DNA of 64,000 bases from Lingula anatina. Its lineage: Eukaryota; Animalia; Brachiopoda. The DNA is taken from NCBI GenBank assembly GCA_051362555.1, contig CM120641.1, positions 45,390,401-45,454,400 of the forward strand, read 5' to 3'. A program made the translations under genes and the position numbers. The stretch's first letter is position 1. Every line of letters starts with the position of its first letter. Of this stretch, positions 1 through 12,677 are shown piece after piece. The notes below the pieces were generated by a model, which was given only the letters and a program-made list of their open reading frames with translations, made no database searches and was not told the origin of the DNA.

Positions 1-124
1 GAACACTTTTCACTAATGTCTCAGTGATATTGCTGTCCCATGTATGTGTGACAATTGGACTTGAATTGTTGATTTTTTATGTGTTGTTGAAGTTTGTGAG
101 TATATGACTTGAGTGTCTTTGTAG

Positions 125-3100
125 GATTTGGAAGACTGGATTATTGGTTGTACAGCAGATGCAAATGGCAGTTGGTAAATACAGATATAATATTTCACTT
201 CCTTGCCTCATATTTAATATAACCCCCTTTATTGGTGTCTTGCATGGGATATTGTAATGTGTACAGTTTATAAGTGGAAAGCAAATGCTTTGAAGTAAGA
301 TAGATTATAACAGTTTTAATGTATTCTAGTTGGTTCAGTGGTGAAAGATCCTGCAGTGATATTGCTACAGGTATAGCTGTAGTTGCACACAAAGGACCCC
401 CACTTTAGGTCAGTCACATAAGATTTTCATACTAGTTGGGACTAGATGTAAAAATATGATGATGATGTCATATAATGAGCAGAAAATCAAAATGAGCATC
501 TGGTCTTTTAAAAAAATATTATTATTATTATTTATTTCTTTTTAGTTCTGAAGGCATCAGCCTGGCATCAAAGGGTTCATTGATTCCACCCATGAAATCG
601 GGGAAGAAGGTAATGGTTGTGATTTTTTTATGAAAAGATATAAAATATCAGTATTTGATTGAAGAATTTAATCAAAACAAAAGAGTGGGGTCTTATGCAT
701 CTTGCTAATGAGTATTTTATCTGACTTGTGACACAGTTCACAATAGATATCGATCGATGGCATTCCTGTATACAACATGTACACCACAATTGGGTCTTTT
801 GTTATCATTATCTGCCTTGGTATAAAATGCAATATCATCTCATTTTGAGGAATTTCATTGACCGTGATGACATAAAACTACGTGTATGTGAAAATAATCC
901 TCAGTTGTTTTGATACGTATTGCATCTGTTTGAATTTAATTTGATTGCCTTAGAAGTATTTGCCCACAATTATTTGACCCACTCAGGCTATAGTATATGT
1001 TTTTTTTTATTTGCTTTTGTCAAACAGTATTTTTCAAATATATTTTAACAGATGATATTACTGAAACCAGAAAATATTGAAGGGTTTTCTCACCTGATAT
1101 TGGTAGTACCAAAAGACCAGACATTGGTAAGTTAGTCATCTGCTCTTTAGATGTTCAGTAAGGTTTCCTATGTGTTAGAATTTTAAATATAAAATAACCA
1201 TCATATTCAAAAATCAAAAGAACAGCAAGTTTGTATTACACATGCTTTTTTCCATTCATTTTAACGTAATTAATTTAATAGATTACCAAAACAGAACTAT
1301 AATTGATATGCTTCTTATTTCTTGGCTTTAACCTTATTTAAAATTACTTGCAGGCTGAAATAACTGCAGAATTGTACAACCCTGAAGAAAGAAACATTGC
1401 ATTCGAGCCACCACCATTTTTCCAAAGAGTACTCAAATTGCTAAAAGGTTTTCCAAAAAGCATTATGGAATCTGAACCGTTTTTGGAGTCTACGACCCCA
1501 GGAGCTGTGTTTTATAATGTCAGTCTCCCCAGTCTCTCTATGGTATGGCAGGCTTACGCTGCACAACTTCTGACCATCAACTGTGAGAAGACAGAGTCAG
1601 GTAATGGATTAGTTTTAAAAATCAAACTAATTTAAAGGTAAATGTTGGTTTAAAAACCTGAGATCTTTAATAGATATTAAAGTGGGGGTCAACAGTAAGG
1701 GGAAGCTGATGTGGGTCATTTTCAGGTACATGTTGCCATATTTATAGATTCTTTGGTCTTTTTTTAACTGAGGAGGGAAACTTCTTTGTAAGAAGTGAAA
1801 GCTAATACTTGGGCGTGTAGGAAGCAGACTTAGCTCCCTTTTATTGCTCTCTTTTTTTTCAGCGAACAAAAAAGAAATTAAAAAAAATTCAGAATTATTT
1901 TTGGCAGTAAAAAATATTCAGATTTTTCTTCAATTTTTATTTTGTTTTTGTAAAGAAGAAAAGAATCACAAATTTTGGGTTCGAACATTGGAACTATGAT
2001 ATTAATATGAAATTCAAACATAAATTGTTAATTAATGAAGTCATATTATCATATTTACAAAAATTAATGTTTCAGAACTCCCACTTTTTCTCATAATCAA
2101 ACCAATTTAAACTTCTAGGTAATTTTAGGAGTAATTTAATGATGTACAATGAACCCTGGAGCCAGGAAAGAACATATGCATTTAGCAGGTAAATAACAGA
2201 ATACAGTATATGATAAAAATATATTATCTGTTTTATTCTTATAATATACATAAATGTATAAATATGCAGCTATTTCAAGACTGATATTTTGGTCAAAAAT
2301 TTAGTAACAAATATTCTTTTGTGCCGTCTTTGCTTTTCTATTTAATCTTTTGAAAAAGGAATGTATATTTTAATATGCATTTAAATGTGTAAAATTATAA
2401 TATACAAGAAAAGTAGAAATGATACAAGACGTACTCATAGTTTTATAAAATAGTTGTTGGTATTCATATCACGTTACATTTTATCCTAAAGCCTTGGGCA
2501 GACAGGAAATCTCTCCTTGAAGTTGCATGCTGGGATGCCAGACGATTCCAGGGATGCTGCAGAGTTCTACATCTTGTTACACCCAGGGTGTACTTATAAA
2601 GTACAGATAGCTGTGGCTTACAAGGAATTATTTGGCCAGGTAAGTTGAATTCTAAAACTTTTTACCAGGAAACAGCCTTTGTGTTTTAATCTTCAGCCCA
2701 CTGGTTAGTCACTCTGACTAGTGAGCCCAAGAAAACTATTAGACAATTAGTCCAAATCTAAAACAAACTTTAATAGGTCCAGAGATGACATCTCTGAATA
2801 ATTAAAAATTATTTCAGAATAATTGCAGAAATTTTTACTCGTTCAGTTGAATTCGTAACTTTGAAAAGTTATCTTTTTACTAGTCTGGTACTAAATTTAG
2901 TAGTCAGTTGCTTTAGGTTGGCCAGTGGCAAACATCCCAGGTGCATAGGGATATACAATATTATAATTGACTTTTTGGTGTTTGACTACAACAACTACAG
3001 TTTAAAAAGGAATGGAATCTCTTTTATGTAATAATTGTATATCATAAATCTATATTTCCATTTATGTCACAGAAGATTTGTTTTTGATCTCTTCCTTTGT

Positions 3101-6100
3101 TCACCAATACATAAATGACAATTGATTTTTTCTGACTTTCACCCTGAATTGATCATATCGGTATATTATTGCACAATAACATTGTTCCTGACTAAACATG
3201 TTATTCTGAATTTCTTTTTTAAAGTAGTCATTCTTAGTGGATATTCAGAATAAAGAACACTCATTACAGCTGCAATATAAATTGCATGCACTTTGTTAAC
3301 TGAAAAGTGATTTCTTCAATAACAGATAACATTTAGAAGAAAATGTGACTGCTGAACAGTCATGTTATATTTTAGTCAGGTATGAATTGCATAGCCCGTC
3401 GTTGAAATTAAGTGACATCTATAACTTTGACTAATACATTTTTGATAAATATCAGTATTGAGCAAACAATTATACAATTGCACAGTGTCGTTTGTAATAT
3501 TAATAGCCAAGTAAATCATTGCAGTAGACACATATTTTTGCTCTTTTTATGTGCCAAGACCACTATGTTCTCCTCAAATTTAAGTAGCAAGGCCTTTCTC
3601 CTCCTCAAAGAAGTCTCTTCAAGCCAATTGCATGTAGACCAAAAAAATAATTGTCAGCAATTTGTTACTTGTAATCTGAGCCTTACTGTAAAGAGAACAG
3701 TATCGTGGTACATGGAAACAACATTATTGAACTCTCCAGGTCATTCATCTAACTTGCCTCACTATTGTCATACTGTTTGATTTTCAGATTAACCCTGTAG
3801 TAACATTGAAGGAATTTGCATTGGGGTTTAAATCCTAAAGATAAATTTAAAATACCACTTCATGATAATCCCCTAGGATAAAATTCTTCAGTTGTGTATA
3901 TAGTACAGCATGGTCCTCAATGGCTGTCTTTGATTCAATTTTTCGAAAGACATATGTAAAAAAATCTAGTTTTGCATTGACTCCTCATTATCTAGTGTGT
4001 CTATCTCACTTTGTAAATCCAAAAGAGTTTCCAAAAATTGCTTTTTGACTGGACCTTTTTTGTTGGTCATAACTGATGAGCTGTCTTTTGTTTTTTTACT
4101 GTCAGATGTTGCTGGTCTCACTTTGAAGGTAATTCCTGATTGGTCTGATCTGTTCGAAGAAATACTTCCTGCCGAACTTGGTCTTCTTCGCGTTTTGCCA
4201 GCAGACACACCATCTTTGTCCTTTGATAATGTTTTGTTGATGATTGCACTTTCTATATAAGCATGCAGCTCAGCATTTCTCTTTTTAAACCCTTCAGATT
4301 CTTCTTTGAATTGACATTTTTTCGAGGCAAATTTTTCATATTTGAAAAGTCCTCTCTTTGCAGTGTTATGTACAATATCATGACTGCTAAGTAAGTTTTG
4401 AAATGCCTTTTCCACTGCTGCATTATTGCAAGTGTCTACAGCATGGGTTGGCTCGGTTACTGTAGAAATTTGTCTTGAAATGGCACTGGAAATGCCAGAT
4501 TTGCCACTGCCCTGTCGTAGAGTGTGATCGCTGTGTCCACCAATGCTAAAGCTTGTACTTACAGTACCCACACTTTGCGGTCTTGAATTGCTGCTGCCTT
4601 GGTGAAAATATTTCAACCCGGGAGAAGTACCTGCACGTTTTCCACTATCTCCTCTACGTCTGCTGGCAGGATGAGCGCTGAGAACTCTTCTGGGTGATTT
4701 TCTGTGCGACATCCGACAGTCGTCAATAGAGGTCACGTGAAGAAGAGAGTTTGAATGAGACCTCATACTTTTTTGAGTTTTTGTTTTAACCTCTATCTCG
4801 GAGTCACTTGAGGAAACGTCCTCTGCTGGAAAACCACTGTCTGGCCTCTGCAACCTGATGTCGTACTCAATCTCATTTCTGGTGGGAGATCTTTTTCTCT
4901 TGAAACCATTTTCTACACTCTGCCTCATATCTGTGTAATGAAGAGACACATCAGCAAGTCTGTTTTTTAAGGCCTCCAGCTGTTTGTTCGACCCAAGTCT
5001 CTTTGGCCAGGTAGAGCTTTTAAACCTGGTAACTGAGCTAGTGGGGACAAAAGTTGAAGCTTGGCTGGCATTTGTAGGGCAAGGAGTGGGAGGGGGGATA
5101 TCCTTGAGAAACACAAGCTTCTCTTGCTTGGCTTGACAGTTGTGGCAGTGTAGTCTCTTTGGATGCAGGGGAGATTCCACGTCCTGTCTCCAGGTGTCGA
5201 TTTCCAAGACTCTAGCAGCACTCAAGCGACCTGCGTTGTATTCGGGGGCACAGGTTTCCAGCAATTTACTCCTGTAAGTTTCCTCTTTTTGTACAATGTT
5301 GCTGTGAAATTTGACGTTTTTCTCCTTGGCGATTCCTCTCATTGGAGTTAGAGCGTCGTAACGGTTTGTTTTTATGGCCACTAGTTCCTTCGATGTTTGA
5401 GGTCTTGAAGAAATCATACTTCTTATGTCTGTGTCATCCCTGTAATGAAGAAAAACATGATTATTTTGATATTTTACAGTAAAATTTAATAAGTGTCATG
5501 AGATGATTTGTTGCTTATTTAGAATATGTTTAGTTGAGAAAAATAATATTGTCGCCCCACCTGAGGTTAGTTTTTTTTTTTATGACAAATTTGATGAAAT
5601 TAAAGAAATGATAGATAAAACAGTATGCTATCAATTGTAACAGTTATAGATTTGACTCAACATTTTGATCTCTTTGAAATATGAAAAGAAATAGGTTAAC
5701 TTTATATTGGCTGGATCAAAAGGTATCCTAACATAATATGTAAGAGCATACTGGTTATGTGAGTTGTTTTGACTTAACAGTTTGATTCATCATTTCCCTG
5801 TCTTTTGGCAAAGCACACACTTTATTTGCAATAGTAATATTGGTTTGTTGTGACAACAATATTTGATAAACATGAACTTTATTTATTGAGTTTATCATTT
5901 ATCTTGTAGACTGTTTACTGACAGGTTGTGGTCTTTTCAAACTGGCGTGATTTAAGTCATTCATAGTTACATAAAATATATCTTGTTTTGAAAAAGAATG
6001 GAAAATCATGTCATCTTACATGAGATATTATCTAACCAGCATATGGAGATAAAATTACCTAGTAGTCACAGAAGATTTCAGGGGTGCTACCAGTTTTGTA

Positions 6101-9100
6101 CGTATGCTTACATTAAACTCCACCTTTTTCTTTTCTTTGCACGGCATACATGTATGACAGCCTGTTTCATTTTGTTTTGCCTAACACTAAAATTTTTGTA
6201 TCCATATATGTTTATATGTTTATATGTTTATTTCACTGTAACATATATACACAGTAGTTATATGAGTTCAGGCAAAATTCATGCATTAAAAACATTTTTG
6301 TTGAGTAATTAGACAGATGAAGGGAAATATGGCATGGTTTGTGTTTTTTCCTCAGCCATTTGGTTTCAGTAGGGGATTAAGTAGCTTTAACACTTTCAAT
6401 TATGCATTATTTTCATAGCTAGAGAACACTTCACTTACTCCAGTTACAAAAATGAATCAATGAAAGATACTCACATTTAACTGGTATTGTCCAAAAAACT
6501 CACTGTGATTTTAAGGTTGAAAAACCCTGGCTGGTGATCTGACATTCTTACATTTTCTGTTGTAAAGATACCAAGAGTCAAATCTGTAGAAAAATGACAC
6601 CCAACAAAACTTTGTGCTTCATCTCTGTGCCTATCGACCCAGAGGAGTAGCTAAGGAAAACACCTTGAGAGTGGGTTTTCTAAGATCAATCAATCCATAT
6701 CATTGCATTGTCCAGTCTATTTGTAGTGAAAATACAACTGAATAGTGCAGTCAATTTGTAAAGTGTAAATACCCCCCATTAAATGCATTAAGCATTTGTG
6801 TGCAACTGTTTATGGTTGGCCAACTGTGTGTCTGTGTTTGCCCAGATCAGTTTGATTTCTACAAGGAGTAAAGGTTTTTAATAATAAATTCAATGGTGGT
6901 TAGTAATCACTGGAAATAAGGTAGATTGACATTGCTGTGTCAAGAGTTCCTCATTTTTTTCACCTCTGTTTTCTCTTCTAGTTTGACTTGGGTTACCTTT
7001 AAACGTCATTTCCATGGAATGAAGGGATTATATTAACACAGCATTTCATTAGTCTCATTGATGCTGGCTGTACATGCAATATTATTCAAGCTGTTTTTTT
7101 TTCTCCTTTTTAGCATCTGTTTGTTGTATCTAACCGTTTGGCTTAAATTACCTTTAAGTAATCAGTGCTATATGGTACCCAGGGAGTAAAATTAATGCAG
7201 TATTTTGTTAGCCTCAGCTGATGCTGGTTGTACATTCAATATTATAAAAGCCGTAACTGAAGACAAAATCAAACAAATCTCTGCTGCCTGGATAATGCAT
7301 TTTCACGTCAGTGAACAGAAAAGTGGCTACCACAGACAAGTGCAAATACAAAATGCCTACTACTGAGCAAATATGGTGGTTTCAAATGAAAACAAATTAT
7401 CGGATTCAGTTTTGTTGTTAAATATAAGTGGTTGGCAACTCACATGCTGCGCACATCGTAGACACAAGCTCAAATCAGCTCTCTCTCCTTCCTGCCTGGG
7501 ATGTCTGTTGGTCCAACTAACACTGAATTTATTTTGCACTGACGCTTATCGCAATGTCAATACAGTGTCTTCACAAGCGACCTACGAGTTTCAGATATAG
7601 TGTATCATTCTATCATTGATCGTATTGTAAACATTAATTATAAGGCCTGTTTGATTAGTAACTGACTGCTGACAGTCATATTTGCTTTTTTTTTAAAACA
7701 AACTCAATAGCTGTATTGTTGTGCTGTCTATATTGTTGGTGACAATATGGATTTTAGAATTGAATGACGTTTATTATAAATGGAACTTTTTATACAATGT
7801 TTATGATCGAGTAATTTGGCAATTTTGAATTCAGATTTTTATTGATAGTGCTACTGATTATAAGCAATTTGCAATTGGTTAGTTGAACACATTGCTATTT
7901 CTGTAAACAAAGAAAATACATCTCTTTGGAAAAATTTGTTTGCATTGTTGTTTGGGTAGAGATATTCCCTGTGTAATAACTAATAAAATCTATTTTGTAA
8001 GCCAGTACACTTCCTTGGACAGTCTGTCAAAAAGATAACTAATTAGCAGTGATTATATGAGAAGGTGCTCCACAGGACATTTTCAGTTTGCTGGGTTATG
8101 TTGATATCTTACCTGTAACATCAACGTTTATTCCTTTCAGCCTAGTGTATCAAATATCCAATTTTAAAACAAGTTCTTTTATTTTCAGTATGTGCGTTTC
8201 TATGCCCTGCTCCTCCCATCATACATTGTGGCAAATATTTTGATGGCCTTGCTATATCAACTCAAGTGCCTTGGTAAACCAGGTAGAAATTTTGTTTTTC
8301 CTAATAATTCATTTTGATTTTTTAAATTCATCATAAATTTCCTGCATTAAGTTTTATATTATATAGACACTTATTTTATCATTCTTTGCCAGTTAATAAC
8401 CAATTGTAGTTTACCTGCCTGGCTGTATTATTAGATCCTTGGATATTTAAACAGGACATTTAAGCTAAAAAAAACCCATTCTACAAAATTAGGAGTTAAA
8501 TGATAATTTAAGTTAAAGTCAAATTGACAGGTAATCGGCGCCTACTGTAATTTCCAAATCTGCAAATAATCTCTTAATTTCTATCTAATCTCTAAATTTC
8601 ACAAGGAATTTACCTTAAGTTGTATATTCACAGCATGTTGCCCCTGGATGAAGTGACACCTTGGTCAATGATATTTCAGCACTTCTACCTCAGTAAATAG
8701 CTGTGGGATATTGACCAGCCAGTTGCTTGCATTGTAAAGCTATGGGGTGTTCCAAAAGTTTGCACAAATTGGCAAAATGTATATTTTAATGAAATAAATT
8801 GAACCACCTTTTATTTAATTGAGAAATTAACAAATAACACCATTTGTGATACACAGTTTGTACTTTGCAAGATTTATATTAAAATTATTTTTAGTAAGTT
8901 ATACTTAGTGATATCTGGTAAGTGTTCATAGTTTATGGGCACCTTGTATTAAGTGGCCAGTGCAAGTGATACAAAGAATTCCTAATGAACACACCTGTGA
9001 ATTATTGATAGCAATTGATGAAATTTGCAAACAAAATCAGCCTTGGTGAAAGTGCCATGCTCTTTATTAGAAAAGGATCTACTGATAGCACTTATTCAGG

Positions 9101-12100
9101 GCTTTGTAAGAATGATGAGATTATGTATATTGCTCAAGCCATTTGATGAATATTTCTGTTTTATTAATTCCTAATTTTTTAAAAATTTATTTCATCCTGC
9201 TCTGACAGTTTGTTCAAGTTTCATACTTTTGTATCGAGAAGCCCATAAATGCACATAATTTTTTTCCTTTTTGGGGGGATCCACCCAAATTAAAAAACCA
9301 TTGAAAGTATTTTTTCAATATATTTTTAGATGGGGATTGTCCTACATTCCTGTATGCATTGGGAACATATGGACAGCCATGGAGAGTAGTGCTCATAGCA
9401 GGCATACTGGCCAGAATAGCTAGGTTGTTTGCCGTTTTTTTTTAATTATTTATTTTAATTTATTTATTAAAATTGATATTTTATTTATTAAAATTGTTTT
9501 TATTAAAGAATGAATAAATATCACATGGACAATAAATTTGATGAAATTTCTATAAACTTTCTGACAAGGTATGATAATTAAAGAGGTACCATACTACAAG
9601 ATGGAATAAAAAATTGTCAGTATGATTTTCATAACTTGAGAAAAATGTTAAATGCAGTTAAAAATATTGTATAATTTTTCCTCAAACCATTTGATACATT
9701 TTCTCAAAATAGTTGAGATTATATAAACTAATGTCACTTAATGTAAAGAATAATACAGGCAGTTCTCTGGTAACAGCTTAAAGTGCAGTTTTAATGTCTA
9801 TTTTAAAACATTACAGAATAACATCAGTGTATGAGCAGCTGGTCAGCCTGGGTATCCCTGACAATGACCATAGATCTCTTGACCAGAAGGACATCTCCTG
9901 GCACACACTCCATGGACCTGTCCTGTATCTCCTGGCCACGGCCATTGTGGTGGTCAACGTCTGGGTCATCACAGCCACCATTGCTGTCATAGGCAGGATA
10001 GCAGAACTCCTACTAAGGTGGGCATACATATAATTATATTATTGTTCATACTACTATTACTACTACTAAAACTAACAATAATCATCATATGAATTTTTAA
10101 ATGGCAATATCGTCAACTCCTCAAGTTACCAAGGAGCATTCACTTTCACCGAATTTCACAAAATGGCGTCTTGGCCCTCTGTAAAAGTTCAGAATTTTGG
10201 AAGGGAGATTTCTATTAAAACTGGGTCCTTTATTCACACAGGGGCTTCAGTTTTGTTTTTTAAGCATTACCAAACTAATTTCTATGCCAGTCTGATGTTT
10301 TGACACTATCATCCCATCACACAGGAGCTATTATCAAAGCGGGGGTTATTTTTTATGATTTTTAAGGATATTATTATTACTATTAAAGCAGAGATGTCTT
10401 CTTAAGCAAGGGTCATTTCAATATTAAATATGGGAATATGATTTGAATTGATATTCCCTCAGCAAAACATTTATGTTCATAAAATTGTTTTATTTTACAG
10501 GATTTTTAGACCAGTTATATATTTGAGCTTCCTCAAGTACCCAGCACTGTTGGGTGCTGCCTATGCCGCTAACTTCCACTGTGGTGCTTTAGGTCTTCAG
10601 ATACTGTATATGATTGCTCTTATTAAGGTAAATTATTTATACATGAAAAATTTTAGATTGATAAATTATTAATAAAATAATAATGAAGAGTATGAAAGTG
10701 TTGTTAAATTATTTAAAATTTGAATATTATTGATTGATAAGTAAAAACTTATTTGGTAAGTAATGAAACAAGGAGAAAGCAATGTCAGAAAATGGATATT
10801 ACGGCAGAATGTTAGATTAAATAATATTAATAATAATTATTGTTTTAGAAGAACTCACCTGCTGTTTGCACATCCATTTTCATTTTTTTTTGCATAAAAG
10901 AAAATTGCTTTTAATTCCTGAAGTGCTTTAGAACTGTTTTAAATTTTCTCAGGTGCTTTGCTATTCCATTGAGAGCCGCATGTCAGATGATCGAGAAGGT
11001 GCCACAAGACAATACAATCTCCATTTTAGTCTTCTGCTAGTCTGGATGGTTCTGTATATTTTAAATTCTCCAGCATTTATAGTTTGGATAAAAAATTTGC
11101 CGTGAGTACATTTCACAATCCAGTTAAATGAATGTAATACAGGGACGTAACCAGACCTTTTAAAATTGTACGCACAGATTTTGAAAATTCCCAGGTACGT
11201 TATATTCCGTGAAAAATACACTGAATTTATGGAGAATAATATCATGGTTGGCTCAAAAAATTGTACGCACAGTGCATCTGTGCGTATGCCTGGTTACGCC
11301 CCTGTAATACTGTGTTACCATTTGAACTAATCAACAAGCAATGAAAATGTGTCAAACTATTAGATTAAATTTGCTCAAAGATCATTATTGCAAAGAGTTA
11401 CAACCAAATATAATTTTGAAAAATTATTTTAATACAAGTGCCATAAGTTTAACTGATTTGATAAAATTGGTACCAAAGTAGACTTAAATTTGACAGTTTA
11501 CCATAGGTAATCTCGTTTTACCCTTATTATCTACCTCAGATATACCAACAAGTTGATGCATGATCCTTCTAGTCTCACGGCACTTGCTGCTACTGGGGTG
11601 ATGTTTATGATAGATTTAGGGAATTGTACTTCGTTGAATAGGTAAGGGGTTTTCTTCTAGATTGTTAAATTGTGCCAAAACAGAAATTTCTTTCCTTTCT
11701 GAAAAATTTTGTCTTATCAGCTGGGCTCAGTCAAGTGTGAATTTTTTTACAATCATATTAGAAGCTGGATAAATTTTAAATTTCTAAAATTTCATGACAG
11801 TCACTACATTAGTAATTAAATGGACAAAAAAAAAGTTTACATTACCAAAGCCAAATTAGACTACACTTAGCATAAGGCTAAATGAATAATTCAAATTAGG
11901 CTAAATTGAGTCAAGATTGGCCTGTGGGAGTGACCGTCATGCCATTCTGAAACAAGGCTCAGACCATATATTACTTTTTTCCCATTTTAGGTCCATATAC
12001 AAGTGGGTTTCCTCTGTAATGCACTTGCTTACAGTGATCATGCTAATGTATGCTGTGGAGTCCATCTATAGAATTCCATACTTCATTGTGATAATGCTAG

Positions 12101-12171
12101 GATTGCTGGGACTGGCTCAGGCGGTTCAACAGGGAGTACTGCCAGTTCAACATAAACAGAAGGCAGACTGA
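125..12171 (+). CDS. PGAP1: GPI inositol-deacylase PGAP1, 3' portion (gene starts upstream of the window)
   Basis: Phase-consistent GT-AG exons: 125-174, 546-609, 1052-1126, 1354-1600, 2119-2188, 2492-2639, 8189-8282, 9330-9423, 9817-10017, 10501-10627, 10953-11101, 11540-11641, 11991-12171 (TGA). Peptides LKLH...LFGQ|YVRFYALLLPSYIVANILMA, EPWSQE and PAFIVWIKNLPYTNKLMHDP resemble the PGAP1 C-terminal beta-domain and multi-TM region. Confidence 0.88.
3966..5439 (-). CDS. Nested antisense gene: uncharacterised basic Ser/Lys/Arg-rich protein (483-aa ORF; exon extends to an acceptor at 5440)
   Basis: A 1.45-kb stop-free ORF in AT-rich DNA inside PGAP1 intron 2640-8188. A minus-strand acceptor (cattacag) at 5440 continues the frame (DDTDIRS-M). 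Upstream exon(s) near 6440-6600 are not resolved. Confidence 0.75.
8741..8949. mobile_element. Degenerate Tc1/mariner-like MITE
   Basis: Imperfect terminal inverted repeats TATGGGGTGTTCCAAAAGTT...AGTTTATGGGCACCTTGTA with TA ends. Confidence 0.4.
11140..11304. mobile_element. MITE with CAGGG(A/G)CGTAACCAG terminal inverted repeats
   Basis: TIRs CAGGGACGTAACCAG / CTGGTTACGCCCCTG; TAATA on both flanks (probable TSD). Confidence 0.75.
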
Positions 12172-12677
12172 TGAACAGGACTTTCACGTTTAATTAGTTC
12201 CAAGATCAAGTAGCAAACTTCCACAAATCATTATATATTTGTTAATTTTTATTCATAATCATATGGTGTGCTGCAAATCATGTTTGGTTTTCTGTTGGCT
12301 TATTAAAACAAAAGAATTGTAACAGTTAGAGAAATTAAGTAGTATATGTTATAACAGGATATTATCTCCATCAGTGATTTAAATTTTAGACACATTGATA
12401 TTAAATTAATTTGGACCATGGAATTTGAATTATAACTAATTATAATATTAATAATATTTAAAAATAGTTTAAACATGATTTTGATATTTTCTTATAACCA
12501 TCTTTTTGTCATATCTGAGCACCAGCTTCCATGTGCAGTACAGAATAATTGTTTGCCAGAGAATATGAGACAATTGTGACCATTATATTTCCTCTAGTAC
12601 AATTCAGTGACCACATTTTGTACTGGTTCAAGATAAAATTCATTGAAATACATTTTATACAAAGAAAACTGCTGCTG

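Noticed and set aside
2076-2118. Upstream acceptor for the PGAP1 exon at 2119
   Set aside because: It introduces an in-frame TAA; the acceptor at 2118 keeps the frame.
7058-7253. Repeated TGATGCTGG(C/T)TGTACAT..AATATTAT about 160 bp apart
   Set aside because: An ordinary diverged local intronic duplication with no further signal.
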